64,000 nucleotides of DNA from an uncultured Acidimicrobiaceae bacterium. GTDB taxonomy: Bacteria; Actinomycetota; Acidimicrobiia; Acidimicrobiales; Palsa-688. The stretch covers positions 3,867 to 67,866 of the forward strand of contig CAYZVQ010000002.1 of the NCBI GenBank assembly GCA_964481925.1. Direction: 5' to 3'. Both the position numbers and the translations under genes were made by a program. Positions 27,701 through 35,933 of this stretch are shown here, one piece after another; the first letter of the stretch is position 1, and the number at the start of each line of letters is the position of its first letter. The notes below the pieces were generated by a model. It worked only from the letters and a program-made list of their open reading frames with translations, searched no databases and had not been told where the DNA came from.

Positions 27701-28429
27701 ACCACGCTCAACGACGGGAGCCAGGTCCTCGCCGTCGCCTTCAGGCCTCACGGTGAAACTCTGGCAAGCGGGGACGTTGCCGGTAATTTGTCTTTCTTCG
27801 GGCTGCATAGCGGTAAAACAACCACCGTCGGTTACCCCTACGAAATTCTTTCGATCGACAGTATTGCCTTCAGTCCCGACGGGAGGATGCTGGCAAGCGC
27901 GAATGACTTCGAGGTAATGCTTTACAACATGGCAAGCGGAAAGAGCACAATTCTGAACCCGAACGGCGACAGGTACATCGTCAACAGTATTGCTTACAGC
28001 TCTGACGGGAAGACACTGGCAAGCGGGGACGATGGCGACAAGATCGTTCTGTATGACTTGAAGAACGGAAAGACTACAACGCTCAATGACGGGAAAGTGG
28101 TCAAAAGCGTTGCCTTCAGTCCCGACGGGAAGACCCTGGCGAGCGGGGACCAAGATGGCCAAGTGCTGCTCTACGACATGGCGAGCGGAAAGACCACAAC
28201 GCTCAACGACGGTAGCGCGGTCTACAGCGTAGCCTTCAGCCCCGACGGGAAGACCCTGGCGAGCGGGGACCAGGCCGGCCAGGTGGTCTTCCTTGAGTCA
28301 TCGGTGTGGGCCTCGACCTTTGCTCAAGTCCAACAGCAGTTGTGCCATGAGCTAGGCGACGCCGACATGACCCGCGCCCAGTGGGCGGCTTACGTCCCGG
28401 ACCAGAAGTACCAGCGAACGTGCCCCTGA
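24722..28429 (+). CDS. TIR - STAND P-loop NTPase - TM helix - WD40 repeat protein (1235 aa)
   Basis: TIR: IFISHSSADQ...VFLDSD...SKWCHTELAVA. NTPase: FFGREAEV..VVVVGPSGAGKSSLVQAGL (P-loop about 25289-25315) and LLVVVDQAEQL. Single TM RRRRLRTGALSVIVMLLVVSVVLSVLAV (about 26467-26535). Then about 13 WD40 units (V.FSPDG..LASGD..G.V.LYD). Confidence 0.9.
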   Translation: MGEIFISHSSADQAAAATVAEALRHGGHNVFLDSDRNDGIAPGDVWSRTLFHELRVCDAVLFLNSTASQGSKWCHTELAVAGDLGKRTYWLDLAARLEPHPIVQSVHGIRFGTSLGESTEVLLSALRRDGLADRSVSRWDERRAPYPGLEALDMEDAGVFFGREAEVNRLVERVTGPLGQLDGDLVVVVGPSGAGKSSLVQAGLAARLEAPQFAWAVVRPFEPGAQPLDRLVKRLADLGGGQLSEVDCREQLLASGLAAVAEWLIEHSGARAKRLLVVVDQAEQLETVAQPAEREAFLRLLAPAMGAGSPVTAVMTVRSDRFDEVQRLPFIGPIIHESFVVAPMDRNQLGAIIEGPARRADLSFDPGLVVRLIDDAMQGRSGEAVDSLPLLAFTLREMYDLAVKQRRRTITEADYEHVGRIEGAIARRAKAAESLLAPDAHAVLERLLPRFVTLSEERLPAGRPVVREQLSEAEEDVVQKLEDQRLLTGASDSVRLAHERLIIAWPTLAQAVADRREDLLLQARLERQANDWKDTAGGVLGREALGSALAWLERAGPAIVQGVVGEYVRKSKEAASRRRRLRTGALSVIVMLLVVSVVLSVLAVTSRDQAITEAHESQSVAMAAEASNALALGNVPLGMLLSIEARERADTSQAVSAVASAAAEPLLYAASGSVVNSVAFSPDGNVLASGDSAGYVVLYNLASGTTTTLYNGSYVNSVAFSPDGNMLASGDSAGEVKLYGLESNKRNEFNRDLGVRRWAGDLSPVDAVAFSPDGKTLASVHFSGYVDLYNLESGKETTLNDVSPVDAVAFSPDGNMLASGDGAGQVLLYDLASGKTTTLNDGSQVFTVDFSPDGKTLASGDKAGQVQLYDLASGKTTTLNDGSIVKSVAFSPDGNMLASGDGAGQVQLYDLASGKTTTLNDGSQVLTVAFSPDGKTLATADIYGQVLLYNLARIPFNDGSQVLTVAFSPDGRALASGDQYGQVLLYDMASGKTTTLNDGSQVLAVAFRPHGETLASGDVAGNLSFFGLHSGKTTTVGYPYEILSIDSIAFSPDGRMLASANDFEVMLYNMASGKSTILNPNGDRYIVNSIAYSSDGKTLASGDDGDKIVLYDLKNGKTTTLNDGKVVKSVAFSPDGKTLASGDQDGQVLLYDMASGKTTTLNDGSAVYSVAFSPDGKTLASGDQAGQVVFLESSVWASTFAQVQQQLCHELGDADMTRAQWAAYVPDQKYQRTCP
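26740..28290 (+). repeat. 120-bp in-frame tandem repeats encoding the WD40 blades
   Basis: Exact 120-bp phasing. For example, the sequence lines at 27181, 27301 and 27421 are nearly identical, and 26741-26800 vs 26861-26920 differ by about 1 nt per 60. Confidence 0.9.
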
Positions 28430-28736
28430 GCCCCAGATGGTCCGGCGCGTCCATAGACGGCGACAGCGCCCGACTCTCCTTGGTGGGCCTTCGACGTCAC
28501 ATCGGCGACACTTCGTCCCATTCGAGATCTGGTACTCGACAAAAAGCCCGTTGTCGTTCACTTCGCTCATCCTCCCCAGAATCGGGACTTCCAGACGGTC
28601 ACCACGTTCAGGCCGTTGTCGTCCGAGCCGGCCGCCCAGGCGAGCAGGCCCTCGATGTCCTGGGGCGCGTTGTGCTTGGCCGAGACCGGGCGGAAGTCGT
28701 CGATGGTGCGGCCCTTGGTGGCGGAGATGTGTACGC

Positions 28737-28900
28737 GCCCAGGGCCGACGCCTCGCCGCCGCTGGCGGCGCCGAGCTCGCCCAGGATGTTCGGCACGTGC
28801 AAGCTGGCCGTCTTGGCGAGATAACCAGCTTGTTAGCGATGTCCCGGCTGCCGCGGCCCGCCATAGCCGCAGCGCCTACAGCTCGCATCCGGTCAGACCG
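28737..28900 (-). pseudogene. LuxR-type HTH fragment, frameshifted
   Basis: RGSRDIANKLVISPR in one frame continues as HVPNILGELGAASGGEASALG in another. Together they mimic the LuxR C-terminal HTH (SNREIA..L.IS.RTV..HV.NIL.KLG). Confidence 0.35.
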
Positions 28901-29748
28901 AAGCCACCGGCGGACGGGCGGGCCCCGGCCTGCCGGGCCAAGAACGATTTCCGAGCCGAGCGGCGCGCTCACCGCCGCAGCAGGCCACCGCCCCCGTCGC
29001 TAACCCTTGGTGACCCTCGCTTGTGGTGCAACTGTGGGGCAGCGGCCTCCGGCGGGGGGCACGAGCCGCCATTAGCGTTAGCGCGCCGCCACTGAGCGCC
29101 GCCCGAGGTCCTGCGGGCAGTGCACGCCGTGCCGAGAAGGTACGGGCTGGCTCGCAAAGGTCATGCGCCGCATCATGGACGGTGCCGGGCGAGACCAGGA
29201 CCTGGAGCTGTTGGCCGACATCGGCGACAACATCTCGCGTCGGAACAGCCACGGGCGGACGGACCATTTCGCGATGAGGCGCCTGTCATCGGTCGTGATC
29301 CAGGCCAGCAGGTTTCCGGCGCTGATGACGAGACGGTCGCAGTCATCAACCGCGATGGCCCAGGTGTCCCAAAGGGCGTCACCCATCCAGCCGACCGCGG
29401 AAACAGCATCGGCGAAACCGAAGCGCTTGGTCAGGGCGTCTGCGGGGTCAGCTGACTCCCACAGTAGGCTGAGTAGGGGCGCGGTCGTCACGACCGAACA
29501 GTCAACCAGTTGGGCACCGGTTCGCGGGCGCACATCAGAATGTCAGCGCGGCGGCGAGGCGACAGCACCTCCCTGCCGGCGCGGGCGGCTGCAATTGTGA
29601 CAGTCATTGCCGCCGCGCCAGGTTCCCTACCCAGTGACCGTCAACTTGGCCTGTTACGAGGATCCGTGCAGGATCCTCGCTCACGCTCGGCCCGGAAGGA
29701 CGTTATGGTCGACGCGACGGCCGTTGGCACCGAGGCCGGGCCGAGAGT

Positions 29749-30867
29749 ATGGAGGCAAGCGTGGAGCGGACCATCGAGTTCGGGGACGTCCAGGGGGCCG
29801 TGTCGCTCACGAGCCCAGTACTGCGCTACCCCGCCAACCCGGTCCTGACCCCCGCGGACGTGAACCGGGTGTGGCGTGACCCTGGCCTGCAGGTCGTGAC
29901 CGTCCACAATGCCGGTGCCGCGATAGTCGGCGACGAGACTGCACTGCTGTTCCGATCGCACCTACGCTGCGGGATGAGCATCCTGGGTGTCGCCCGGAGC
30001 CGTGACGGCGTAACGGACTGGAGCGTCGACCCACGACCGGCGCTGGTCCCAGCCACACTGAAGGACTCGTTCGGACTGGCAGTCAGCGCCGACGACATGG
30101 TCGACATGGAGTCGGGAGGAGTCGAAGACGCTCGGCTCAACCCCATCGACGGGACGATCGCCGTCACCTACAGCGCCTACCACGCCCGAGTGAGGAACCG
30201 AGTGAGGGTCGCTTTGGCGACCACCGACGACCTGCGCAGCTTCACCCGCCAGGGGCCCATGCTGGACCGCGACATGCGCAACGTGGTCATCTTCCCCGAG
30301 CGCTTCGTCGGGCGCTACATCGGCCTGTTCCGCCCGAACGATGACCGCCAAGGCGACGTCGGCGGTGACTATACGCAGATCCGCGTGGGCGAGACCGACG
30401 ATTTTCGTACGGGGCCCTGGACGGTCGACGATGAACCGATCATGCGGACCGGCACCGGCCCCAGCGCGTTCTCCGACAAGCTCGGCCCCGGCGCGCCGCC
30501 GGTCCGGACCCCCCACGGCTGGCTCAACCTGTTCCACGGCGTCCGGTCCACGATGGACGGAAACCCTTATGTCTTGGGGGTCGCTCTCCATGACCTCAAC
30601 GACCCCCGCCGGGTGCGCATGTCGAGCATCCCGGTGCTCTTCCCGTCCCGCGCCGACTGCCGCATACCCGAGGACGCATACGTGCACGTCCCTCATGTGG
30701 TGTTTTCCTGTGGGATGCTCCGTCGAGCAGACGGGACCCTCGTTATCTACTACGCCGGTAACGATACCGTCGTCAACATCGGGTTCAGCCACGAAGACGT
30801 CCTCGCCGAGCTGTGCGCCAGCTACGGTCAGGGCCCGCTGACTGGGAGCCTGCTTTACGCACTGTGA
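29749..30867 (+). CDS. glycoside hydrolase family 130 protein (beta-mannoside phosphorylase-like)
   Basis: GH130-type motifs: NPVLTP.DV, VHNAGA, GVEDARL, FPERF.GRY..LFRP, GPGAPPV.T..GWL.LFHGV, Y.LGVALHDL.DP, VPHVVFSCG....DG.L.IYYAGNDT. Confidence 0.8.
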   Translation: MEASVERTIEFGDVQGAVSLTSPVLRYPANPVLTPADVNRVWRDPGLQVVTVHNAGAAIVGDETALLFRSHLRCGMSILGVARSRDGVTDWSVDPRPALVPATLKDSFGLAVSADDMVDMESGGVEDARLNPIDGTIAVTYSAYHARVRNRVRVALATTDDLRSFTRQGPMLDRDMRNVVIFPERFVGRYIGLFRPNDDRQGDVGGDYTQIRVGETDDFRTGPWTVDDEPIMRTGTGPSAFSDKLGPGAPPVRTPHGWLNLFHGVRSTMDGNPYVLGVALHDLNDPRRVRMSSIPVLFPSRADCRIPEDAYVHVPHVVFSCGMLRRADGTLVIYYAGNDTVVNIGFSHEDVLAELCASYGQGPLTGSLLYAL

Positions 30868-31427
30868 GCTGGCGATTGGTCCCCCTGTATGTCCCGCCCA
30901 TGTGGCCGCGTAGACCGACGTTCTTGACCAGCACCGCCGTCCATCGTCAACGGCACCCTCGGCGCAGGAGCCGAACAGGATGGGCACCCAGGTCTCCAGC
31001 ACCGAGTGGCTCCTGCTGGATGGCGCGGGTCGCGCCAGGCCGGAGAACCCCGGCGAGGCCCTCGGACCGGCGCTCGCTTAAACAGCTTCGCGTAATACCG
31101 CGGCGCCCGCGACCCCGACGTTGGGAATACGAATAACCCCCGCCGCCTGGCCACCACCGGGCGGACCGGCCTCAACGACAAACATACGGAGGCCCTCTGG
31201 GAAGGCCGGAGAGGTCCTGAAAGCAGGGGCCTCGCTATTCCGGTGCTTTGTCGTTTCTTTCGTTCCGATGTACCAAGGCCCGTAACCCTGGCCAGACCGC
31301 TCGACGTTGACCTGGACCTCGAAGGTTGGCGCCGCACCTGCCGAGCCTGATGGCACCCTCCGGCACTGGCCAAAGCCAAAGCCAAGACCGGTCCCGAGAG
31401 CCACTACCCCGAGGTAGCCCGCGTGCG

Positions 31428-31676
31428 CTAGTCGCTGGCGCCGGCGCCGGCCAGCTCGACCGGCGGCGGCTCGAAGTGCTCCATGGCCCAGAAGGTGATC
31501 TCGCCGTGCTCGGCCTCCACGATGATGGTGTCGCCGACGCGGAACTCCTTCGAGAGGAGCCGCTCCGAAAGGGGGTCTTCGACCATGCGCTGCAATGCCC
31601 GGCGCAGGGGGCGGGCACCCATCGTCGGGCCGTAGCCCTTCTCGACGACCAGGTACCGGGTGCCTGCCGGTGTCAT
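31428..31676 (-). pseudogene. clpC/clpB-type C-terminal (D2-small) fragment
   Basis: [41 protein letters not shown] matches the extreme C-terminus of ClpC-type ATPases. No AAA modules lie upstream, so it is an isolated roughly 80-aa remnant. Confidence 0.7.
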
Positions 31677-31761
31677 CCGACTGCGAGATCGAGCACGGGG
31701 CACCCACGGTGCGCTGTAACCCCGAGCGGTTGGCCCCCCGCTTGGCCTCCTGGAGCCCGGG

Positions 31762-32805
31762 TCAGTGCCCAGCGTCGACCACCCGCTCGTAAACCTCGAG
31801 GTACGCATCGACCATGCGGTCGCGGCCGAAGCGGGCCACCGCATCTTGGCGGACGGCACAACGGTCGAGCGTGGCGGCTCGGCTGACGGCGAGGAGGGCC
31901 TCGTCAACATCGTTGACCAGGAAGCCGGTGCGAGCGTCGTCGATCAGCTCCGGCATCGACCCCCGACGGGAGGCCACTACCGGCGTCCCGCAGGCCATGG
32001 CCTCGACAACGCTGAAGCCGAAGGGCTCGTCGAAGTTGACGAGATGGAGGAGAGCATAAGCGCCACCGAGGAGGGGGTTGCGTTGCTCTGGGCCCACGGG
32101 CCCGATGTAGCGGACGCGCCTGTCATCGAGGCGGGGCGAGATACAAGAGTCGAAGTAGGCCTGGTCCTGGATGATGCCGGCCATGACGAGCGGCAGGCCG
32201 GCGCGGGTGGCGACATCGATGGCCTCGACCGCCCCTTTGTCCGGATGGATGCGCCCGAAGAACAGGAGGTAGTCCCCGGCGCAAGCTTGCAGGGTAAAGG
32301 CATCGGTGTCGATCCCGTGGTGGATGGTGGCTAGGTAGTCGAGCTCAGGACGGCGGTCGGCGTCGCTGATGGCGACGTAACCGGTACGGGTGTTGTACTT
32401 CTTGAACACAGGCAGGATGCGCGGCGACGAGAACCCGTGGATGGTGGTGAGCACCGGGGTGGTCACCAGCCCGGAATAGGTCAGTGGGAGGAAGTCGAAG
32501 CTGTTGTGGATGATGTCGAACTCGGCTGCCCGTTCGAACACCTCGGCTATGTGCAGGCATTCGGAGACCTTGGGTTCGGCGTCGGTACCCTCCGAGTACC
32601 CGTGTGGGACCACCGACACGAGACGGGCAGCCGTCACGGAGTCGCCGGTGGCGAAGAGCGTGACGTCCACGCCCCGCTCGACGAGGCCCTCGGTCAGTAA
32701 GGAGGCGAACTGCTCCCACGGCCCGTAGTGCCGGGGAGGGGTGCGCCAGGAGATCGGCGCCAGGACCGCCACCCGCAACCGCTCCGCTCTCCGGGTCCTG
32801 GTCAT
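31762..32805 (-). CDS. glycosyltransferase family 4 (GT-B)
   Basis: [21 protein letters not shown]-terminus and C-terminal [29 protein letters not shown] (E-x7-E type motif). Start set at the Met at 32805. Confidence 0.8.
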   Translation of the reverse strand: MTRTRRAERLRVAVLAPISWRTPPRHYGPWEQFASLLTEGLVERGVDVTLFATGDSVTAARLVSVVPHGYSEGTDAEPKVSECLHIAEVFERAAEFDIIHNSFDFLPLTYSGLVTTPVLTTIHGFSSPRILPVFKKYNTRTGYVAISDADRRPELDYLATIHHGIDTDAFTLQACAGDYLLFFGRIHPDKGAVEAIDVATRAGLPLVMAGIIQDQAYFDSCISPRLDDRRVRYIGPVGPEQRNPLLGGAYALLHLVNFDEPFGFSVVEAMACGTPVVASRRGSMPELIDDARTGFLVNDVDEALLAVSRAATLDRCAVRQDAVARFGRDRMVDAYLEVYERVVDAGH

Positions 32806-33166
32806 CGATCGGAGGCAGTTATCCGGCTCACGGGCTCGGCCGGGCCGTTCGGCCACAGCACGCGCTCGGCGATGGGCGCGCCAGTAGGGAGCTCGACGGT
32901 GTAGTTGTTCGCTGCGACCCCAGCGGCTGCGCTCAAGGCCCCGGGCCCCCAAAGCGCGTCACGAAGTGCAAAGTAGGCCAGGGCCCCCTCCACGTCAAAT
33001 AGCCAGGCGAGTACCCGAAGAGGGCATTTCGCTGGCCAGGTGCCTCACGATATGTAGGAGCCATTTTGCCCCTGGTCGGCCTTTCCGTATGAACGGCCAC
33101 CATGCCTCACCTCGCCGGTATGCCGAAGCCGGCTCTCCGGCCACCAGGCGAAACTCACGGCGAGGC

Positions 33167-34165
33167 TCAGGCGGCGGCCGCCAAGGCGTCCAGGAGATGA
33201 GCAACTGATGCCGTGGCTGCGCCAACGTAACGGTCGGCTGCGCCGTACGTCAGGTACAGGTGGTCACCGTCGCGATGGGCGCCTTGGACGAAGACCACGT
33301 TGTCGACGTCCCCACGCCGCTCCCATTCGAGCTCCGGTTCGAGGATGGCGGAAGGCAGACGGCTCAGCGTCTCCCCGGTGCTGGGATCCAGCAGTGCCAG
33401 GTTCATCGTGTAGGAGCCATCGGCGCGGCGTTCGTGGAAGAACAGCAGGAGCCCTTCCTCGGTCGCCACGGGCGGGGCGCCGGCGCCCACCCCGAGCGCA
33501 CCCGGGCTCGGGCGCAGCAGGGTGTGGACCTCGAGGTCGGCAAGGTAGAGGTCCCAGTACTCGGGGCCGGCGTTCCATAGATGGTCAAGATCGTCGAACA
33601 CGGCGAGCTGCATGTTGTTATGGATGCGATGGATCATGGCCACCCGCCCGTCGGCCAAGGCGAAGATGACCGCGTCTTTGTTCGGGACACCCTCAGGGCC
33701 AAGCAGCCGCCCGCTGCCGGGCCGGAGAAAGAAACGTCGCCCATCCCAGCCCAGCCGGTGGGCGCCGATCCGCCACGGGAGCCCGCTGCCGGCCGGGGGT
33801 AGGGCGGTGTAGGTGATCACCAGCTGCTCGGCGCCGCCGGAGACCACCCGTTGGACGCGGGGGTCTTCGAAACAGGCGGCGTGCCCTCTCCCGCCTCGGG
33901 CCAGCACGTACTGGAACGCGTAGCCCAGACCGTCGGCGGAGGTGAACACAACGATGTCGGAGATGTAGTCGAGGAACCGGTCGCCAGGGCCCGGGTTTGG
34001 GCGGTAGCCCGAACGCACCCCCCGGGCGAAAAGGTGATAGGCGCCCTCATGGTGAAGCACCCCGGCGTTGAACATGGCCCCGTAGCCGGGCACGGGAACG
34101 GTGCCGACCATCGGACGGTCGGTCAGTCGCCGAACGTGCCCGGGGAGGACTGCCGGCCCAGTCAT
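33167..34165 (-). CDS. GH130-like glycosidase / phosphorylase
   Basis: FNAGVL.HEG.YHLFAR, CFEDPRV, NKDAVIF, GAGAPPV.TEEGLLLFFH, NVVFVQG...DGD.LYLTYGAAD follow the GH130 (five-bladed propeller) pattern. Confidence 0.7.
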   Translation of the reverse strand: MTGPAVLPGHVRRLTDRPMVGTVPVPGYGAMFNAGVLHHEGAYHLFARGVRSGYRPNPGPGDRFLDYISDIVVFTSADGLGYAFQYVLARGGRGHAACFEDPRVQRVVSGGAEQLVITYTALPPAGSGLPWRIGAHRLGWDGRRFFLRPGSGRLLGPEGVPNKDAVIFALADGRVAMIHRIHNNMQLAVFDDLDHLWNAGPEYWDLYLADLEVHTLLRPSPGALGVGAGAPPVATEEGLLLFFHERRADGSYTMNLALLDPSTGETLSRLPSAILEPELEWERRGDVDNVVFVQGAHRDGDHLYLTYGAADRYVGAATASVAHLLDALAAAA

Positions 34166-34783
34166 CTCGTGGTTGCCATTCGGAGGATCTCCTGGTCGTT
34201 GTTAGTCATGTTCTCGTCACCAAGCGCCCAGAGTTGAACAGTCAGGAGAGAAGAGGGGATGGACTGCAAGCGGATCCCCGAGAGCTGCTCCGACGCTTCG
34301 CCGCCAACCCGGCGCCCGTTGACGCCTTGCGCGAGCAACTTTGGGTTGTGCGAGTCACATGCCGCCGGTTCGGCATGGGCTGGTTTTGTCGCGGGCCGGC
34401 GCCCGACTGGCATCACCATGAGGGCCACGGGCAACAGCCCCGGGCCAGACGATCGCCGGGCGCCGACAGCGAGCGCTACAGCTGTGGCAGACTCGGTAGC
34501 TGGCCGGGTACTCCCCCTACGCCCGGGGGGCGCCATCTACCAGAGAGGCCCCCAGCAGGGAGGGCACCCGGTCGATCAGCCCTTTGGGTCGCGTCGGCGG
34601 CACTACCTCAGCCGGGTCGGCGCCAGGGCAGCAATAGGCCACCTTCGCTGGGTCCCGGGGGTATAACTGCGGACATGCCGCGACGGGCTGACGCTGTCGG
34701 AGCTCGGCGTTGGGAGAGGGGCATAGCACCCGCCTTCCTCTCGGTGCTTGGCCGCCCGCACAAGCCCCTGACCAGGACTTTTC

Positions 34784-34848
34784 GGCGCACCCCCAACCGG
34801 ATTCGAACGGGTGCCGCCCCCTTGAAAGAGCGGCTCAGGGGGCCTTTG
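34784..34848 (-). other. tRNA-like 3' fragment / hairpin (non-canonical)
   Basis: The minus-strand sense reads ...GCCGCTCtttcaaggGGGCGGCacccGTTCGAATCcggttgggggtgcgcc. It has a T-loop-like GTTCGAATC and a 7-bp stem, but an 8-nt loop, one T-stem mismatch and no 5' acceptor or D arm. Confidence 0.25.
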
Positions 34849-34914
34849 TGAGGTGGCCGCTTATATCCGCATCCTTTCTGAGCAGCACGGATACTGCCAG
34901 CCTGGACCAGTTCG

Positions 34915-34966
34915 TGACGTGCCGAGCCATGTCGTTGTGGCACGCTAGTGGCACGGATGTGGAACG
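34915..34966 (+). repeat. conserved intergenic element, copy B (three phased GTGG[C/A]ACG repeats)
   Basis: tgacgtgccgagccatgtcgttGTGGCACGctaGTGGCACGgatGTGGAACG. Octamers at 34937, 34948 and 34959 (11-bp period). Matches copy A at 4508-4559. Confidence 0.8.
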
Positions 34967-35059
34967 GCTGGCCAAGCGTCCTTCCCGGAGCTACACCACC
35001 TAGGGACCGTCGTCTCAGACAGGCGCCGGCGCCCAGACTTGAGCAGACGGGGGACGTCG

Positions 35060-35930
35060 GACGTATGGAATTTGAGGTGCGAGACCTACGGGCAATGCGG
35101 TCGCGCTCATCGGCTTCGTCCTCTTCGAACGCCACCAGGCTTACCCCCTGACCTCCTCCGGCTCGGCCCTTCGTTTGACCAGAAGGACGTCGAGATCGCT
35201 GTGCTACGTCACCAGCTAGCCGTGCTACGCCGTCAAGTGGCACGGCCTCGGTACTCGCCGACCGATCGCGCTGTGCTGGCCACGCTCGCCCGTTTTCTTA
35301 GTCGCGATCGCTGGGGCGTCTTCCTGGTCACGCCGGCCCCGCTGCTGCGCTGGCACCGGGACCTCCCCGCCCGGTCCTGGACCTACCCTCGTCGCGGCCG
35401 CATCGCCCCTAACGCCCTTGCGGAAGAGATCGTGGAACTCGTCCTGCGCTTGGCCCGGGAGAACCCCCGTTGGGGCTACCTGCGCATCGTGGGCGAGTGC
35501 CGCAAGCTTGGCGCGACGGTCTCGGCGACAGACGGTCCGTAAACTCCTCCGCCGTCACCGCCTAGGCCCGGCGCCCCGGACCACAGGCCCCTCGTGGTCA
35601 GAGTTCCTAAAAGCGCAGGCCGCTGGCACAATTGCCAGCGATTTCTTTCACGTCGACACGGTCATGCTCCGACGCCTTTATGCTTTGTTCTTCATCGACT
35701 TGGACCGCCGCATGGTCAACTTGGCCGGGGTAACGGCTCACCCGGTCGGGCCGTGGGTCACCCAGCAAGCCCGGAACCTGGTCGCCCACCTGGAGGACCG
35801 GGGACGACCTTTCCGCTTCCTTGTCCGTGACCGGGACGCCAAGTTCGTCGGGCCTTTTGACGAGGTGGTTACATCGGTGGGCGCCCGAACCATCAAAACA
35901 CCCTTCCGAGCGCCCAAGGCGAAAGGGTTG
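35060..35930 (+). pseudogene. rve (DDE integrase-core) transposase, IS481/IS3-like, frameshifted and 3'-truncated
   Basis: DQKDVEIAVLRHQLAVLRRQ...RENPRWGYLRIVGECRKLGATVSAT stops, then continues in the +1 frame as TVRKLLRRHRLGPAPR...FFHVDTV.LRRLYALFFIDL..R.V.LAGVT.HP...FLVRDRD.KF. One extra G lies near 35527. Homology ends near 35925, before the end of the core domain. Confidence 0.75.
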
Positions 35931-35933
35931 GCT

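Noticed and set aside
26740-28290. CRISPR-like regular repeats (and likewise at 62800-63900)
   Set aside because: The period is 120 bp with no unique spacers. The repeats are in frame and encode WD40 or TPR units inside long ORFs, and there are no cas genes.
28352-28972. 206-aa minus-strand ORF
   Set aside because: It overlaps the 3' end of the TIR-WD40 gene in antisense and runs through pieces that make sense only in other frames (a LuxR HTH fragment and an ABM-like fragment). I treated it as a composite, not a gene.
34784-34862. Possible tRNA-Sec (loop TTTCAAG would give anticodon UCA) or other tRNA on the minus strand
   Set aside because: The best stem leaves an 8-nt loop, the T-stem has a C-C mismatch, and no 5' acceptor strand or D-arm can be paired. 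It is kept only as a tRNA-like remnant or hairpin.
35418-35542. Programmed ribosomal frameshift joining the two transposase ORFs
   Set aside because: The second frame is +1 relative to the first, whereas IS3-type elements use -1. There is no slippery A-rich heptamer, a single extra G near 35527 explains the shift, and the gene is also truncated at the 3' end.
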